DNA of 64,000 nucleotides from NCBI RefSeq assembly GCF_988242995.1, contig NZ_OZ547043.1; one strand, 5' to 3'. Shown piece by piece: positions 54,265 to 64,000 of this stretch (position 1 is its first letter; each line of letters starts with the position of its first letter). The notes under the pieces were generated by a model. It saw only the letters and a program-made list of their open reading frames with translations, ran no database searches and was not told where the DNA came from. The position numbers and the translations under genes were made by a program.

Positions 54265-55671
54265 ATGAAAAAATACCAGCAGCTTGCAGAACAATTACGC
54301 GAGCAGATTGCGTCGGGTATCTGGCAACCCGGAGATCGTTTGCCTTCGTTGCGTGACCAGGTGGCGCTTTCTGGCATGAGCTTTATGACTGTCAGCCATG
54401 CCTATCAGTTGCTCGAAAGTCAGGGATATATTATCGCGCGACCGCAGTCGGGTTATTACGTTGCGCCACAGGCAATAAAAATGCCGAAAGCGCCAGTCAT
54501 TTCAGTCACACGAGATGAAGCAGTCGATATCAACACCTATATTTTTGATATGTTGCAGGCCAGTCGTGATCCGTCGGTAGTTCCGTTTGCCTCGGCCTTT
54601 CCCGACCCGCGACTTTTCCCCCTCCAACAACTAAACCGCTCGCTGGCGCAGGTAAGCAAAACCGCCACGGCGATGAGCGTGATTGAAAACTTACCGCCAG
54701 GAAACGCAGAACTGCGTCAGGCTATTGCTCGTCGCTATGCCTTACAGGGCATCACTATTTCTCCTGATGAAATTGTCATTACCGCCGGGGCGTTAGAGGC
54801 ATTAAACCTCAGTTTACAAGCGGTAACGGAACCAGGCGATTGGGTGATAGTAGAGAATCCTTGTTTCTACGGCGCGTTGCAGGCGCTGGAGCGGTTACGG
54901 CTGAAGGCGTTATCGGTGGCGACGGATGTTAAAGAAGGGATCGATCTTCAGGCGCTGGAACTGGCGTTGCAGGAGTATCCGGTGAAAGCGTGCTGGCTGA
55001 TGACTAATAGCCAGAATCCACTCGGATTTACCTTAACGCCGCAAAAAAAAGCACAACTGGTGGCGTTGCTCAATCAGTACAACGTAACGCTGATTGAAGA
55101 TGACGTGTACAGCGAACTTTATTTTGGACGGGAAAAACCGCTGCCTGCGAAAGCGTGGGATCGCCACGATGGTGTTTTGCATTGCTCTTCGTTTTCGAAA
55201 TGTCTGGTGCCTGGTTTTCGTATTGGTTGGGTCGCCGCCGGAAAACATGCACGTAAAATTCAACGATTGCAGTTGATGAGTACGCTTTCCACCAGCTCAC
55301 CGATGCAGCTTGCGCTGGTGGATTACCTTTCCACGCGCCGATACGACGCCCATCTTCGTCGCCTGCGTCGCCAGCTTGCGGAACGTAAACAACGTGCCTG
55401 GCAGGCACTGCTGCGTTATCTGCCTGCGGAAGTGAAAATTCATCATAATGACAGCGGTTATTTTCTCTGGCTGGAACTCCCCGCGCCGTTAGATGCGGGC
55501 GAATTAAGCCTGGCGGCACTGACGCATCATATCAGTATTGCGCCGGGTAAAATGTTTTCTACCGGTGAAAACTGGTCACGTTTTTTTCGTTTTAATACCG
55601 CGTGGCAGTGGGGAGAACGTGAAGAACAGGCGGTAAAACAATTAGGCAAATTTATTCAAGAACGGCTGTAA
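54265..55671 (+). CDS. ydcR: MocR/GntR-family regulator with PLP aminotransferase-like domain
   Basis: 468 aa; N-terminal GntR HTH, C-terminal fold-type I aminotransferase domain. Confidence 0.9.
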   Translation: MKKYQQLAEQLREQIASGIWQPGDRLPSLRDQVALSGMSFMTVSHAYQLLESQGYIIARPQSGYYVAPQAIKMPKAPVISVTRDEAVDINTYIFDMLQASRDPSVVPFASAFPDPRLFPLQQLNRSLAQVSKTATAMSVIENLPPGNAELRQAIARRYALQGITISPDEIVITAGALEALNLSLQAVTEPGDWVIVENPCFYGALQALERLRLKALSVATDVKEGIDLQALELALQEYPVKACWLMTNSQNPLGFTLTPQKKAQLVALLNQYNVTLIEDDVYSELYFGREKPLPAKAWDRHDGVLHCSSFSKCLVPGFRIGWVAAGKHARKIQRLQLMSTLSTSSPMQLALVDYLSTRRYDAHLRRLRRQLAERKQRAWQALLRYLPAEVKIHHNDSGYFLWLELPAPLDAGELSLAALTHHISIAPGKMFSTGENWSRFFRFNTAWQWGEREEQAVKQLGKFIQERL

Positions 55672-55915
55672 TAGCGTTTAATTAAATTCCTCTCAGGTTG
55701 GGTAATATGAATTTCGAATAGCAGTCATATTTCCTAACTCCTTGTCTATACTCCAGAAGATAACCTTACAGACGGCATAATGCGCGGTAGCTCACAACCT
55801 GATTAAATTTTCTCAGGGGCGAAGGTGTGCCTGCAAGCCGCCGTCTATGGTTAAACAAGGAGATATTTTTACGGCACGGCGGCTGAACAATTAATTACGA
55901 CAGGAGTAAGACCTT

Positions 55916-57061
55916 ATGAGCAAGACATTTGCCCGCAGCAGCCTGTGTGCGCTCACCATGACAATAATCACCGCTCATGCCGCCGAACCGCCTACCAATT
56001 TAGATAAACCGGAAGGGCGACTGGATATTATCGCCTGGCCGGGATACATCGAACGCGGACAAACTGATAAACAATACGACTGGGTAACGCAATTCGAAAA
56101 AGAGACAGGCTGCGCGGTGAATGTGAAAACCGCCGCGACTTCCGATGAAATGGTCAGTCTGATGACCAAAGGGGGTTACGATCTGGTTACAGCATCCGGC
56201 GATGCCTCGCTGCGCCTGATTATGGGCAAACGCGTGCAGCCGATTAATACCGCATTGATTCCCAACTGGAAAACGCTCGATCCGCGCGTGGTTAAAGGCG
56301 ACTGGTTTAACGTTAGTGGCAAAGTTTATGGCACACCCTACCAATGGGGGCCGAACCTGTTGATGTACAACACTAAAACCTTCCCGACGCCGCCGGATAG
56401 CTGGCAAGTGGTCTTTGTTGAGCAGAATCTGCCGGACGGCAAGAGCAATAAAGGCCGCGTACAGGCCTATGATGGCCCTATCTACATTGCGGACGCTGCG
56501 TTGTTCGTTAAAGCCACTCAGCCGCAGTTGGGCATCAGCGATCCGTATCAACTCACCGAAGAACAGTACCAGGCGGTGCTGAAAGTGCTGCGCGATCAAC
56601 ACAGTTTGATCCATCGCTACTGGCATGACACGACCGTGCAAATGAGCGATTTCAAAAACGAGGGTGTGGTTGCTTCCAGTGCCTGGCCCTATCAGGCCAA
56701 CGCCCTGAAAGCCGAAGGCCAGCCTGTCGCTACCGTTTTCCCGAAAGAGGGCGTTACCGGTTGGGCTGACACCACCATGCTACATAGCGAAGCGAAACAT
56801 CCGGTTTGCGCCTACAAATGGATGAACTGGTCATTAACGCCAAAAGTGCAGGGCGATGTGGCGGCCTGGTTTGGCTCGTTACCAGTAGTGCCGGAAGGGT
56901 GTAAAGCCAGTCCGTTATTAGGCGAGAAAGGTTGTGAAACAAACGGTTTTAACTATTTCGATAAAATCGCCTTCTGGAAAACGCCTATAGCAGAAGGGGG
57001 CAAGTTTGTTCCCTACAGTCGCTGGACGCAGGATTACATTGCCATTATGGGCGGTCGCTAA
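55916..57061 (+). CDS. ydcS: Periplasmic substrate-binding protein of the YdcSTUV ABC transporter
   Basis: 381 aa with signal peptide; spermidine/putrescine-binding-protein-like. Confidence 0.9.
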   Translation: MSKTFARSSLCALTMTIITAHAAEPPTNLDKPEGRLDIIAWPGYIERGQTDKQYDWVTQFEKETGCAVNVKTAATSDEMVSLMTKGGYDLVTASGDASLRLIMGKRVQPINTALIPNWKTLDPRVVKGDWFNVSGKVYGTPYQWGPNLLMYNTKTFPTPPDSWQVVFVEQNLPDGKSNKGRVQAYDGPIYIADAALFVKATQPQLGISDPYQLTEEQYQAVLKVLRDQHSLIHRYWHDTTVQMSDFKNEGVVASSAWPYQANALKAEGQPVATVFPKEGVTGWADTTMLHSEAKHPVCAYKWMNWSLTPKVQGDVAAWFGSLPVVPEGCKASPLLGEKGCETNGFNYFDKIAFWKTPIAEGGKFVPYSRWTQDYIAIMGGR

Positions 57062-57078
57062 CTTCGCTGGGGTGTTTT

Positions 57079-58092
57079 ATGACGTACGCAGTGGAGTTTG
57101 ACAACGTCTCGCGGTTGTACGGTGACGTGCGCGCAGTAGATGGCGTCAGTATTGCGATAAAAGATGGTGAGTTCTTCTCTATGCTGGGGCCGTCCGGCTC
57201 CGGCAAAACCACCTGCCTGCGCCTGATTGCTGGCTTCGAACAGCTTTCCGGCGGGGCTATCTCTATCTTTGGTAAACCCGCCAGCAATCTGCCACCGTGG
57301 GAGCGGGACGTGAATACCGTCTTTCAGGACTACGCGCTATTTCCGCATATGTCGATTCTTGACAACGTGGCCTATGGGCTGATGGTCAAAGGCGTGAATA
57401 AAAAGCAGCGGCATGCGATGGCGCAAGAGGCGCTGGAGAAAGTGGCGTTGGGGTTTGTACAGCAACGTAAACCGTCACAACTTTCTGGTGGTCAGCGCCA
57501 ACGGGTTGCTATTGCCAGAGCACTGGTGAATGAACCGCGCGTATTGCTGTTGGATGAACCGCTCGGCGCACTGGATCTCAAATTGCGTGAGCAGATGCAA
57601 CTGGAACTAAAAAAGCTGCAACAGTCTCTCGGTATCACTTTTATCTTCGTTACCCACGATCAGGGCGAAGCGTTATCGATGTCTGATCGTGTTGCGGTTT
57701 TCAATAATGGACGCATTGAGCAGGTCGATTCCCCGCGCGATCTCTATATGCGCCCGCGCACGCCGTTTGTTGCCGGGTTCGTTGGTACATCGAATGTTTT
57801 TGATGGACTGATGGCAGAGAAACTTTGTGGCATGACGGGAAGCTTCGCCCTGCGACCGGAACATATCCGCCTCAACACCCCTGGTGAACTGCAGACCAAT
57901 GGCACGATCCAGGCGGTGCAATATCAGGGCGCGGCAACACGTTTTGAACTGAAATTGAACGGCGGTGAAAAACTGCTTGTGAGTCAGGCCAATATGACAG
58001 GCGAAGAACTGCCTGCCACGCTCACGCCCGGACAACAGGTGATGGTTTCCTGGTCGCGTGATGTGATGGTGCCGCTGGTTGAGGAGAGGTGA
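57079..58092 (+). CDS. ydcT: ABC transporter ATP-binding protein
   Basis: 337 aa; Walker A GPSGSGKTT, signature LSGGQRQR, Walker B LLLDEP. Confidence 0.92.
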   Translation: MTYAVEFDNVSRLYGDVRAVDGVSIAIKDGEFFSMLGPSGSGKTTCLRLIAGFEQLSGGAISIFGKPASNLPPWERDVNTVFQDYALFPHMSILDNVAYGLMVKGVNKKQRHAMAQEALEKVALGFVQQRKPSQLSGGQRQRVAIARALVNEPRVLLLDEPLGALDLKLREQMQLELKKLQQSLGITFIFVTHDQGEALSMSDRVAVFNNGRIEQVDSPRDLYMRPRTPFVAGFVGTSNVFDGLMAEKLCGMTGSFALRPEHIRLNTPGELQTNGTIQAVQYQGAATRFELKLNGGEKLLVSQANMTGEELPATLTPGQQVMVSWSRDVMVPLVEER

Positions 58093-59034
58093 ATGGCGAT
58101 GAATGTATTGCAATCACCTTCACGTCCAGGTCTGGGTAAGGTGTCCGGTTTCTTCTGGCGTAATCCGGGGCTGGGGCTGTTTTTACTGCTGCTTGGCCCG
58201 CTAATGTGGTTTGGCATTGTCTATTTCGGCTCGCTGCTGACACTGTTATGGCAGGGATTTTATACCTTTGACGATTTCACCATGTCGGTAACGCCGGAAC
58301 TGACGCTGGCGAATATCCGTGCGCTGTTTAATCCGGCGAATTACGACATCATTCTCCGCACGCTGACTATGGCTGTGGCAGTCACTATCGCCAGCGCCAT
58401 TCTGGCTTTTCCAATGGCGTGGTATATGGCGCGCTATACCAGCGGGAAAATGAAAGCGTTTTTTTATATTGCGGTAATGTTGCCGATGTGGGCGAGCTAC
58501 ATTGTTAAAGCCTATGCCTGGACGTTATTGCTGGCAAAAGATGGCGTGGCTCAGTGGTTTTTACAACATCTTGGGCTGGAACCACTGCTGACTGCGTTCC
58601 TTACATTACCTGCGGTGGGCGGCAATACGCTGTCAACTTCCGGGCTGGGGCGCTTTCTGGTGTTTCTCTATATCTGGCTGCCGTTCATGATCCTGCCCGT
58701 GCAGGCGGCGCTTGAGCGTTTGCCGCCGTCATTGTTGCAGGCGTCGGCTGATCTTGGCGCGCGTCCACGGCAAACCTTTCGCTATGTGGTGCTGCCGCTG
58801 GCAATCCCTGGTATTGCCGCTGGCTCTATCTTTACCTTTTCACTCACACTGGGCGATTTTATTGTTCCGCAGCTGGTTGGCCCTCCAGGATATTTTATCG
58901 GCAATATGGTTTATTCCCAGCAGGGAGCGATTGGCAATATGCCGATGGCGGCGGCATTCACCCTGGTGCCGATTGTTCTCATCGCACTGTACCTGGCGTT
59001 CGTGAAACGTCTGGGAGCGTTCGATGCACTCTGA
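58093..59034 (+). CDS. ydcU: ABC transporter permease
   Basis: 313 aa polytopic permease directly following ydcT. Confidence 0.9.
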   Translation: MAMNVLQSPSRPGLGKVSGFFWRNPGLGLFLLLLGPLMWFGIVYFGSLLTLLWQGFYTFDDFTMSVTPELTLANIRALFNPANYDIILRTLTMAVAVTIASAILAFPMAWYMARYTSGKMKAFFYIAVMLPMWASYIVKAYAWTLLLAKDGVAQWFLQHLGLEPLLTAFLTLPAVGGNTLSTSGLGRFLVFLYIWLPFMILPVQAALERLPPSLLQASADLGARPRQTFRYVVLPLAIPGIAAGSIFTFSLTLGDFIVPQLVGPPGYFIGNMVYSQQGAIGNMPMAAAFTLVPIVLIALYLAFVKRLGAFDAL

Positions 59035-59818
59035 ACGCGCACCGTTTTTCCTCAAACTGGCGGCCTGGGGCGGCGTGGTTTTCCTACATTTTCCCATCCT
59101 GATTATCGCCGCCTATGCGTTTAACACTGAAGATGCGGCGTTTAGTTTTCCACCGCAGGGCCTGACGCTGCGCTGGTTTAGCGTGGCAGCACAGCGTAGT
59201 GATATTCTTGATGCCGTGACACTGTCACTTAAAGTGGCGGCGCTGGCGACATTAATGGCGCTGGTGTTAGGGACGCTGGCCGCTGCCGCGCTGTGGCGAC
59301 GAGACTTTTTCGGCAAAAACGCCATTTCGCTGTTACTGCTGCTGCCCATTGCGCTGCCGGGCATTGTCACTGGTCTGGCGTTGTTAACCGCCTTTAAAAC
59401 CATCAATCTGGAGCCGGGATTTTTCACCATCGTGGTCGGTCATGCGACTTTTTGTGTAGTTGTGGTGTTTAACAATGTCATCGCCCGTTTTCGCCGCACC
59501 TCGTGGAGTCTGGTTGAGGCGTCAATGGATCTTGGGGCCAATGGCTGGCAAACCTTCCGCTACGTAGTGTTGCCGAATCTCAGTTCGGCGTTACTGGCAG
59601 GAGGAATGCTGGCGTTTGCCTTGTCGTTCGATGAAATCATCGTGACGACCTTTACGGCAGGTCATGAACGAACGTTACCGTTGTGGTTGCTCAATCAGCT
59701 TGGGCGACCGCGTGATGTACCGGTAACCAACGTGGTGGCACTGCTGGTTATGTTGGTAACAACCTTGCCGATCCTGGGGGCCTGGTGGCTAACCCGCGAA
59801 GGCGACAATGGTCAATAA
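59024..59818 (+). CDS. ydcV: ABC transporter permease
   Basis: 264 aa polytopic permease; overlaps the ydcU end. Confidence 0.9.
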   Translation: MHSERAPFFLKLAAWGGVVFLHFPILIIAAYAFNTEDAAFSFPPQGLTLRWFSVAAQRSDILDAVTLSLKVAALATLMALVLGTLAAAALWRRDFFGKNAISLLLLLPIALPGIVTGLALLTAFKTINLEPGFFTIVVGHATFCVVVVFNNVIARFRRTSWSLVEASMDLGANGWQTFRYVVLPNLSSALLAGGMLAFALSFDEIIVTTFTAGHERTLPLWLLNQLGRPRDVPVTNVVALLVMLVTTLPILGAWWLTREGDNGQ

Positions 59819-59839
59819 CCACTGATACAGGAATATGCT

Positions 59840-61264
59840 ATGCAACATAAGTTACTGATTAACGGAGAACTGGTTAGCGGCGAAGGGGAAAAACAGCCTG
59901 TCTATAATCCGGCAACGGGGGACGTTTTACTGGAGATTGCCGAGGCATCCGCAGAGCAGGTCGATGCTGCTGTGCGCGCGGCAGATGCAGCATTTGCCGA
60001 ATGGGGGCAAACCACGCCGAAAGTGCGTGCGGAATGTCTGCTGAAACTGGCTGATGTTATCGAAGAAAATGGTCAGGTTTTTGCCGAACTGGAGTCCCGT
60101 AATTGTGGCAAACCGCTGCATAGTGCGTTCAATGATGAAATCCCGGCGATTGTCGATGTTTTTCGCTTTTTCGCTGGTGCGGCGCGCTGTCTGAATGGTC
60201 TGGCGGCAGGTGAATATCTTGAAGGTCATACTTCGATGATCCGTCGCGATCCGTTGGGGGTCGTGGCTTCGATCGCACCGTGGAATTATCCGCTGATGAT
60301 GGCCGCGTGGAAACTGGCTCCGGCGCTGGCGGCAGGGAACTGTGTAGTGCTTAAACCATCAGAAATTACCCCGCTGACCGCGTTGAAGTTGGCAGAGCTG
60401 GCGAAAGATATCTTCCCGGCAGGCGTGATTAACGTACTGTTTGGCAGAGGCAAAACGGTGGGCGATCCGCTGACCGGTCATCCCAAAGTGCGGATGGTGT
60501 CGCTGACGGGCTCTATCGCCACCGGCGAGCACATCATCAGCCATACCGCGCCGTCCATAAAGCGTACTCATATGGAACTTGGTGGCAAAGCGCCAGTGAT
60601 AGTTTTTGATGATGCGGATATTGAAGCGGTGGTCGAAGGTGTACGTACTTTTGGCTATTACAATGCCGGACAGGATTGTACAGCGGCTTGTCGGATCTAT
60701 GCGCAAAAAGGCATTTACGATACGCTGGTGGAAAAACTTGGTGCTGCAGTGGCAACGTTAAAATCGGGTGCGCCGGATGACGACTCTACGGAGCTTGGAC
60801 CTTTAAGTTCGCTGGCGCATCTCGAACGCGTCAGCAAGGCGGTAGAAGAGGCGAAAGCGACAGGGCACATCAAAGTGATCACTGGCGGTGAAAAGCGCAA
60901 GGGTAATGGCTATTACTATGCGCCGACGCTACTGGCTGGCGCATTACAGGACGATGCCATCGTGCAAAAAGAGGTATTTGGTCCAGTAGTGAGTGTTACG
61001 CTCTTCGACAATGAAGAACAGGTGGTAAACTGGGCAAATGACAGCCAGTATGGACTTGCATCCTCGGTATGGACGAAAGATGTGGGCAGGGCGCATCGCG
61101 TCAGCGCGCGGCTGCAATATGGTTGTACCTGGGTCAATACCCATTTCATGCTGGTAAGTGAAATGCCGCACGGTGGGCAGAAACTTTCTGGTTACGGCAA
61201 GGATATGTCACTTTATGGGCTGGAGGATTACACCGTCGTCCGCCACGTCATGGTTAAACATTAA
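59840..61264 (+). CDS. patD: Gamma-aminobutyraldehyde dehydrogenase
   Basis: 474 aa aldehyde dehydrogenase, [33 protein letters not shown]... Confidence 0.92.
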   Translation: MQHKLLINGELVSGEGEKQPVYNPATGDVLLEIAEASAEQVDAAVRAADAAFAEWGQTTPKVRAECLLKLADVIEENGQVFAELESRNCGKPLHSAFNDEIPAIVDVFRFFAGAARCLNGLAAGEYLEGHTSMIRRDPLGVVASIAPWNYPLMMAAWKLAPALAAGNCVVLKPSEITPLTALKLAELAKDIFPAGVINVLFGRGKTVGDPLTGHPKVRMVSLTGSIATGEHIISHTAPSIKRTHMELGGKAPVIVFDDADIEAVVEGVRTFGYYNAGQDCTAACRIYAQKGIYDTLVEKLGAAVATLKSGAPDDDSTELGPLSSLAHLERVSKAVEEAKATGHIKVITGGEKRKGNGYYYAPTLLAGALQDDAIVQKEVFGPVVSVTLFDNEEQVVNWANDSQYGLASSVWTKDVGRAHRVSARLQYGCTWVNTHFMLVSEMPHGGQKLSGYGKDMSLYGLEDYTVVRHVMVKH

Positions 61265-61360
61265 GGATAATATTGCAGATCGTAAGAGTATGAGAAGATC
61301 TTGCGTACTGTCAGAGCACTGATTTCTCTGACAGTACGTGCTGCGTGCAAAATCACTACA

Positions 61361-61456
61361 TCAAATAAACCAGCCAAATCTCATAGAGATAAGAGTAAAC
61401 AAACTAACAGCAGCAAAGACATTTATCAGTACTACAGTTCTACTGGAAACATTCAT
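61361..61456 (-). CDS. yncL: Small membrane protein YncL (31 aa)
   Basis: Manual minus-strand translation MNVSSRTVVLINVFAAVSLFTLISMRFGWFI; adjacent hairpin gtactgtcagag...ctctgacagtac (61307-61340) is a likely bidirectional terminator. Confidence 0.75.
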   Translation of the reverse strand: MNVSSRTVVLINVFAAVSLFTLISMRFGWFI

Positions 61457-61651
61457 TTTTGCCACCTTTTATCATTGCCCCTATGTGTATAGTACGGGTT
61501 AAGAAAATCCGCAATAATACTCATTCTGAAGATGGATAAGGGCAAGTTGCTGTTTGATGTTTTTTTCTCAAACCGGTTAAAAAACTTGATGTACGTCAAA
61601 AAAATGACGCATATTTGCGCGCGTTTTATTCATCTGGCTGGACGCCCGTAC

Positions 61652-61825
61652 ATGTCTCTCTATCAACATATGCTTGTTTTTTATGCGGTTATGGCAGCAA
61701 TCTCATTTCTTATCACCTGGTTTCTTTCTCACGATAAGAAACGCATCCGTTTCTTAAGCGCCTTTCTGGTGGGGGCAACATGGCCGATGAGTTTCCCGGT
61801 GGCGCTGTTGTTTTCACTGTTTTAA
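61652..61825 (+). CDS. ortT: Orphan toxin OrtT (YdcX), 57 aa membrane peptide
   Basis: MSLYQHMLVFYAVMAAISFLITWFLSHDKKRIRFLSAFLVGATWPMSFPVALLFSLF; the ORF track extends it upstream to 61532, but the 57 aa form matches the known protein. Confidence 0.8.
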   Translation: MSLYQHMLVFYAVMAAISFLITWFLSHDKKRIRFLSAFLVGATWPMSFPVALLFSLF

Positions 61826-61910
61826 ATCTTACTCACTGGCTTGACGGCACCACGCAGACTTATATCATTTGGATGAATCGATAAATTTCACAAGTGGCTA
61901 AGGAGAAAGT

Positions 61911-62144
61911 ATGTCGCATCTGGATGAAGTCATCGCGCGCGTGGATGCCGCGATTGAAGAGAGCGTCATTGCCCATATGAACGAATTATTAATCGCCCTG
62001 AGCGATGATGCGGAGTTAAGTCGGGAAGAACGCTATACCCAGCAGCAGCGTCTGCGCACAGCGATCGCCCATCACGGTCGCAAACATAAAGAAGATATGG
62101 AAGCGCGCCATGAACAGTTAACCAAAGGCGGCACCATCCTCTGA
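61911..62144 (+). CDS. ydcY: DUF2526 protein YdcY
   Basis: 77 aa, MSHLDEVIARVDAAIEESVIAHMNELLIALSDDAELSREERYTQQQRLRTAIAHHGRKHKED... Confidence 0.85.
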   Translation: MSHLDEVIARVDAAIEESVIAHMNELLIALSDDAELSREERYTQQQRLRTAIAHHGRKHKEDMEARHEQLTKGGTIL

Positions 62145-62594
62145 TTAAAATGAGCGTCTGGCCACCAGCCAGGCGCCAACCACAAGTAAAATTGCGCCAC
62201 AAATTGGGCCGATCAACGCTCGTAGTGGTACGCCATGGCTGCGGAAGATATCCAGCACCAGACCGCCAATCAGCTGGCTGGCGACCAGTACCGCAATAGT
62301 TGTCGCCGCTCCCACATTCTGATATCCGCTGATACTGGCGAAGACAAAAAACGATCCCAGCAAGCCAGGTATAAGTGTCCACCAGCGCACGCTGGACACC
62401 AGTTCACCAAACCCCTCCATACCTTGTTTAAACCACAAAATAGAAACGAACAGCACAATTCCTACCAAAGAGTTCAGCAACATGGCGATGAGAATGGTAG
62501 AGGAGCTCTGGGTGATGCGCACCATCAGCGTGTTTTGCACCACCAGACCAATTCCGGCGGCAATCAAAAAAGCAAGGGTAAGCGACTGATTCAT
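62145..62594 (-). CDS. ydcZ: Inner membrane protein YdcZ (DUF606)
   Basis: 149 aa with four to five TM helices. Confidence 0.88.
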   Translation of the reverse strand: MNQSLTLAFLIAAGIGLVVQNTLMVRITQSSSTILIAMLLNSLVGIVLFVSILWFKQGMEGFGELVSSVRWWTLIPGLLGSFFVFASISGYQNVGAATTIAVLVASQLIGGLVLDIFRSHGVPLRALIGPICGAILLVVGAWLVARRSF

Positions 62595-63109
62595 CCAATC
62601 GCGTCCGGTTCAGTGCGCTCGTCGAGTTGCAACTGCATAAATGTCAGATCCAGCCAACGACCAAATTTAGTGCCTACCTGCGGCATTTGTGCGGTGACGA
62701 CAAATCCCAGCGACTGGTGCAGATGCAGCGAGGCCTGATTTTGCGATTCGATCCCGGCGACCATGACATGCTTCCCGCAATCCCGCGCTTCATCAATCAA
62801 TCGGCTTAACAATTTACGCCCCAGACCTTTCCCCTGATGATCGGGATGGACATAAACCGAATGTTCCACGGTATGGCGAAAACCATCAAAACTACGCCAG
62901 TCGCCAAACGAGGCATATCCCGTCACTACGCCGTTTTCCTCGCTCACCAGCACTGGATAACCTGCTAAAGTCCGCGCTTCGAACCAGGCAATGCGGTTAT
63001 CTGCATCCACCGTTTGGTCATTCCAGATAGCCGCCGTATACAACACGGCGTGGTTATAAATTTCCGCAATGGCAGCACAGTCGGCTTTGCGGGCAAAACG
63101 GATGGACAT
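62591..63109 (-). CDS. mnaT: L-amino acid N-acyltransferase (GNAT), MnaT/YncA
   Basis: 172 aa GNAT-fold protein; start overlaps the ydcZ stop by 4 nt. Confidence 0.88.
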   Translation of the reverse strand: MSIRFARKADCAAIAEIYNHAVLYTAAIWNDQTVDADNRIAWFEARTLAGYPVLVSEENGVVTGYASFGDWRSFDGFRHTVEHSVYVHPDHQGKGLGRKLLSRLIDEARDCGKHVMVAGIESQNQASLHLHQSLGFVVTAQMPQVGTKFGRWLDLTFMQLQLDERTEPDAIG

Positions 63110-63289
63110 GTTTGGCCTCGATTAAATAATGATGATGACGTTATCAATACTATCGAAAACAGCCCGAAGCAACGGATTCCTCGATGAAATTATTGCGTGT
63201 TGCAGAGGGGATGTGACGGCTGCAAACAAAACCATTCCTGCGAGCCTGCTACTATTGATGGATTCATGCCAAAAGCACAGGAGAGCATT

Positions 63290-64000
63290 ATGGGGCAACA
63301 AAAGCAGCGTAATCGACGTTGGGTTCTGGCCTCGCGTCCGCATGGCGCGCCGGTTCCGGAGAACTTTCGTCTTGAAGAAGATGATGTCGCCACACCGAGT
63401 GAAGGACAGGTGTTACTGCGCACAGTTTATTTGTCCCTGGACCCGTATATGCGTGGACGTATGAGCGATGAGCCATCTTATTCACCGCCTGTTGATATTG
63501 GCGGCGTGATGGTCGGCGGTACGGTGAGCCGTGTCGTGGAGTCGAATCATCCTGATTATCAGCCTGGCGACTGGGTGCTGGGCTACAGTGGATGGCAGGA
63601 CTATGACATATCCAGTGGTGATGAACTGGTGAAACTTGGCGATCATCCGCAAAATCCATCGTGGTCGCTGGGTGTGCTGGGGATGCCAGGCTTTACCGCT
63701 TATATGGGGCTGCTGGATATCGGTCAGCCCAAAGAGGGCGAAACATTGGTTGTTGCTGCGGCGACAGGTCCTGTGGGGGCGACGGTGGGTCAAATCGGCA
63801 AACTTAAAGGTTGCAGGGTGGTGGGGGTGGCCGGTGGCGCGGAAAAATGCCGCCATGCTACCGAGGTGTTAGGTTTTGATGTTTGCCTTGATCACCATGC
63901 GGATGATTTTGCCGAACAACTGACGAAAGCGTGCCCAAAAGGTATTGATATCTATTATGAAAACGTGGGCGGTAAGGTATTTGATGCGGTGCTACCGTTA
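63290..64000 (+). CDS. curA: NADPH-dependent curcumin/dihydrocurcumin reductase, 5' portion (continues past the window)
   Basis: Manual translation from ATG 63290: MGQQKQRNRRWVLASRPHGAPVPENFRLEEDDVATPSEGQVLLRTVYLSLDPYMRGRM...; open to the window end. Confidence 0.88.
   Translation, partial: MGQQKQRNRRWVLASRPHGAPVPENFRLEEDDVATPSEGQVLLRTVYLSLDPYMRGRMSDEPSYSPPVDIGGVMVGGTVSRVVESNHPDYQPGDWVLGYSGWQDYDISSGDELVKLGDHPQNPSWSLGVLGMPGFTAYMGLLDIGQPKEGETLVVAAATGPVGATVGQIGKLKGCRVVGVAGGAEKCRHATEVLGFDVCLDHHADDFAEQLTKACPKGIDIYYENVGGKVFDAVLPL

Noticed and set aside
61532..61651. 40-codon upstream extension of the ortT reading frame
   Set aside because: The known OrtT is 57 aa starting at MSLYQHML; the extension is hydrophilic and lacks an RBS, so it is more likely 5' UTR.

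Overview
This window is an Escherichia coli-type chromosomal segment with high protein-level similarity to the K-12 feaB–curA region, identified by recognising the encoded proteins rather than by any database search. Gene order is feaB(partial)–tynA–paaZ/paaABCDEFGHIJK–paaXY–ydbA–ydbC–azoR–hrpA–ydcF–aldA–gapC–cybB–rydC–ydcA–hokB/mokB–trg–ydcI–ydcJ–opgD–rimL–ydcK–tehAB–ydcL–ydcO–ydcN–ydcP–yncJ–hicAB–ydcR–ydcSTUV–patD–yncL–ortT–ydcY–ydcZ–mnaT–curA(partial). Three IS200 copies (about 713 bp each) are present, each inserted immediately beside a host stem-loop; the middle copy has a His-to-Tyr change in the transposase HUH motif. The most interesting region is an AT-rich ~1.6 kb cassette at 31271-32884, between the second IS200 and ydcF, carrying three to four small, partly overlapping ORFs with no function I can assign. 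Compared with K-12 gene order as I remember it, ydbA is uninterrupted, gapC is intact, and ydbD-ynbABCD, IS609/insQ and possibly ydcH are absent. Coordinates of short features are hand-counted and may be off by a few bases; GC content, repeat identity and all homology statements are by eye, not computed.
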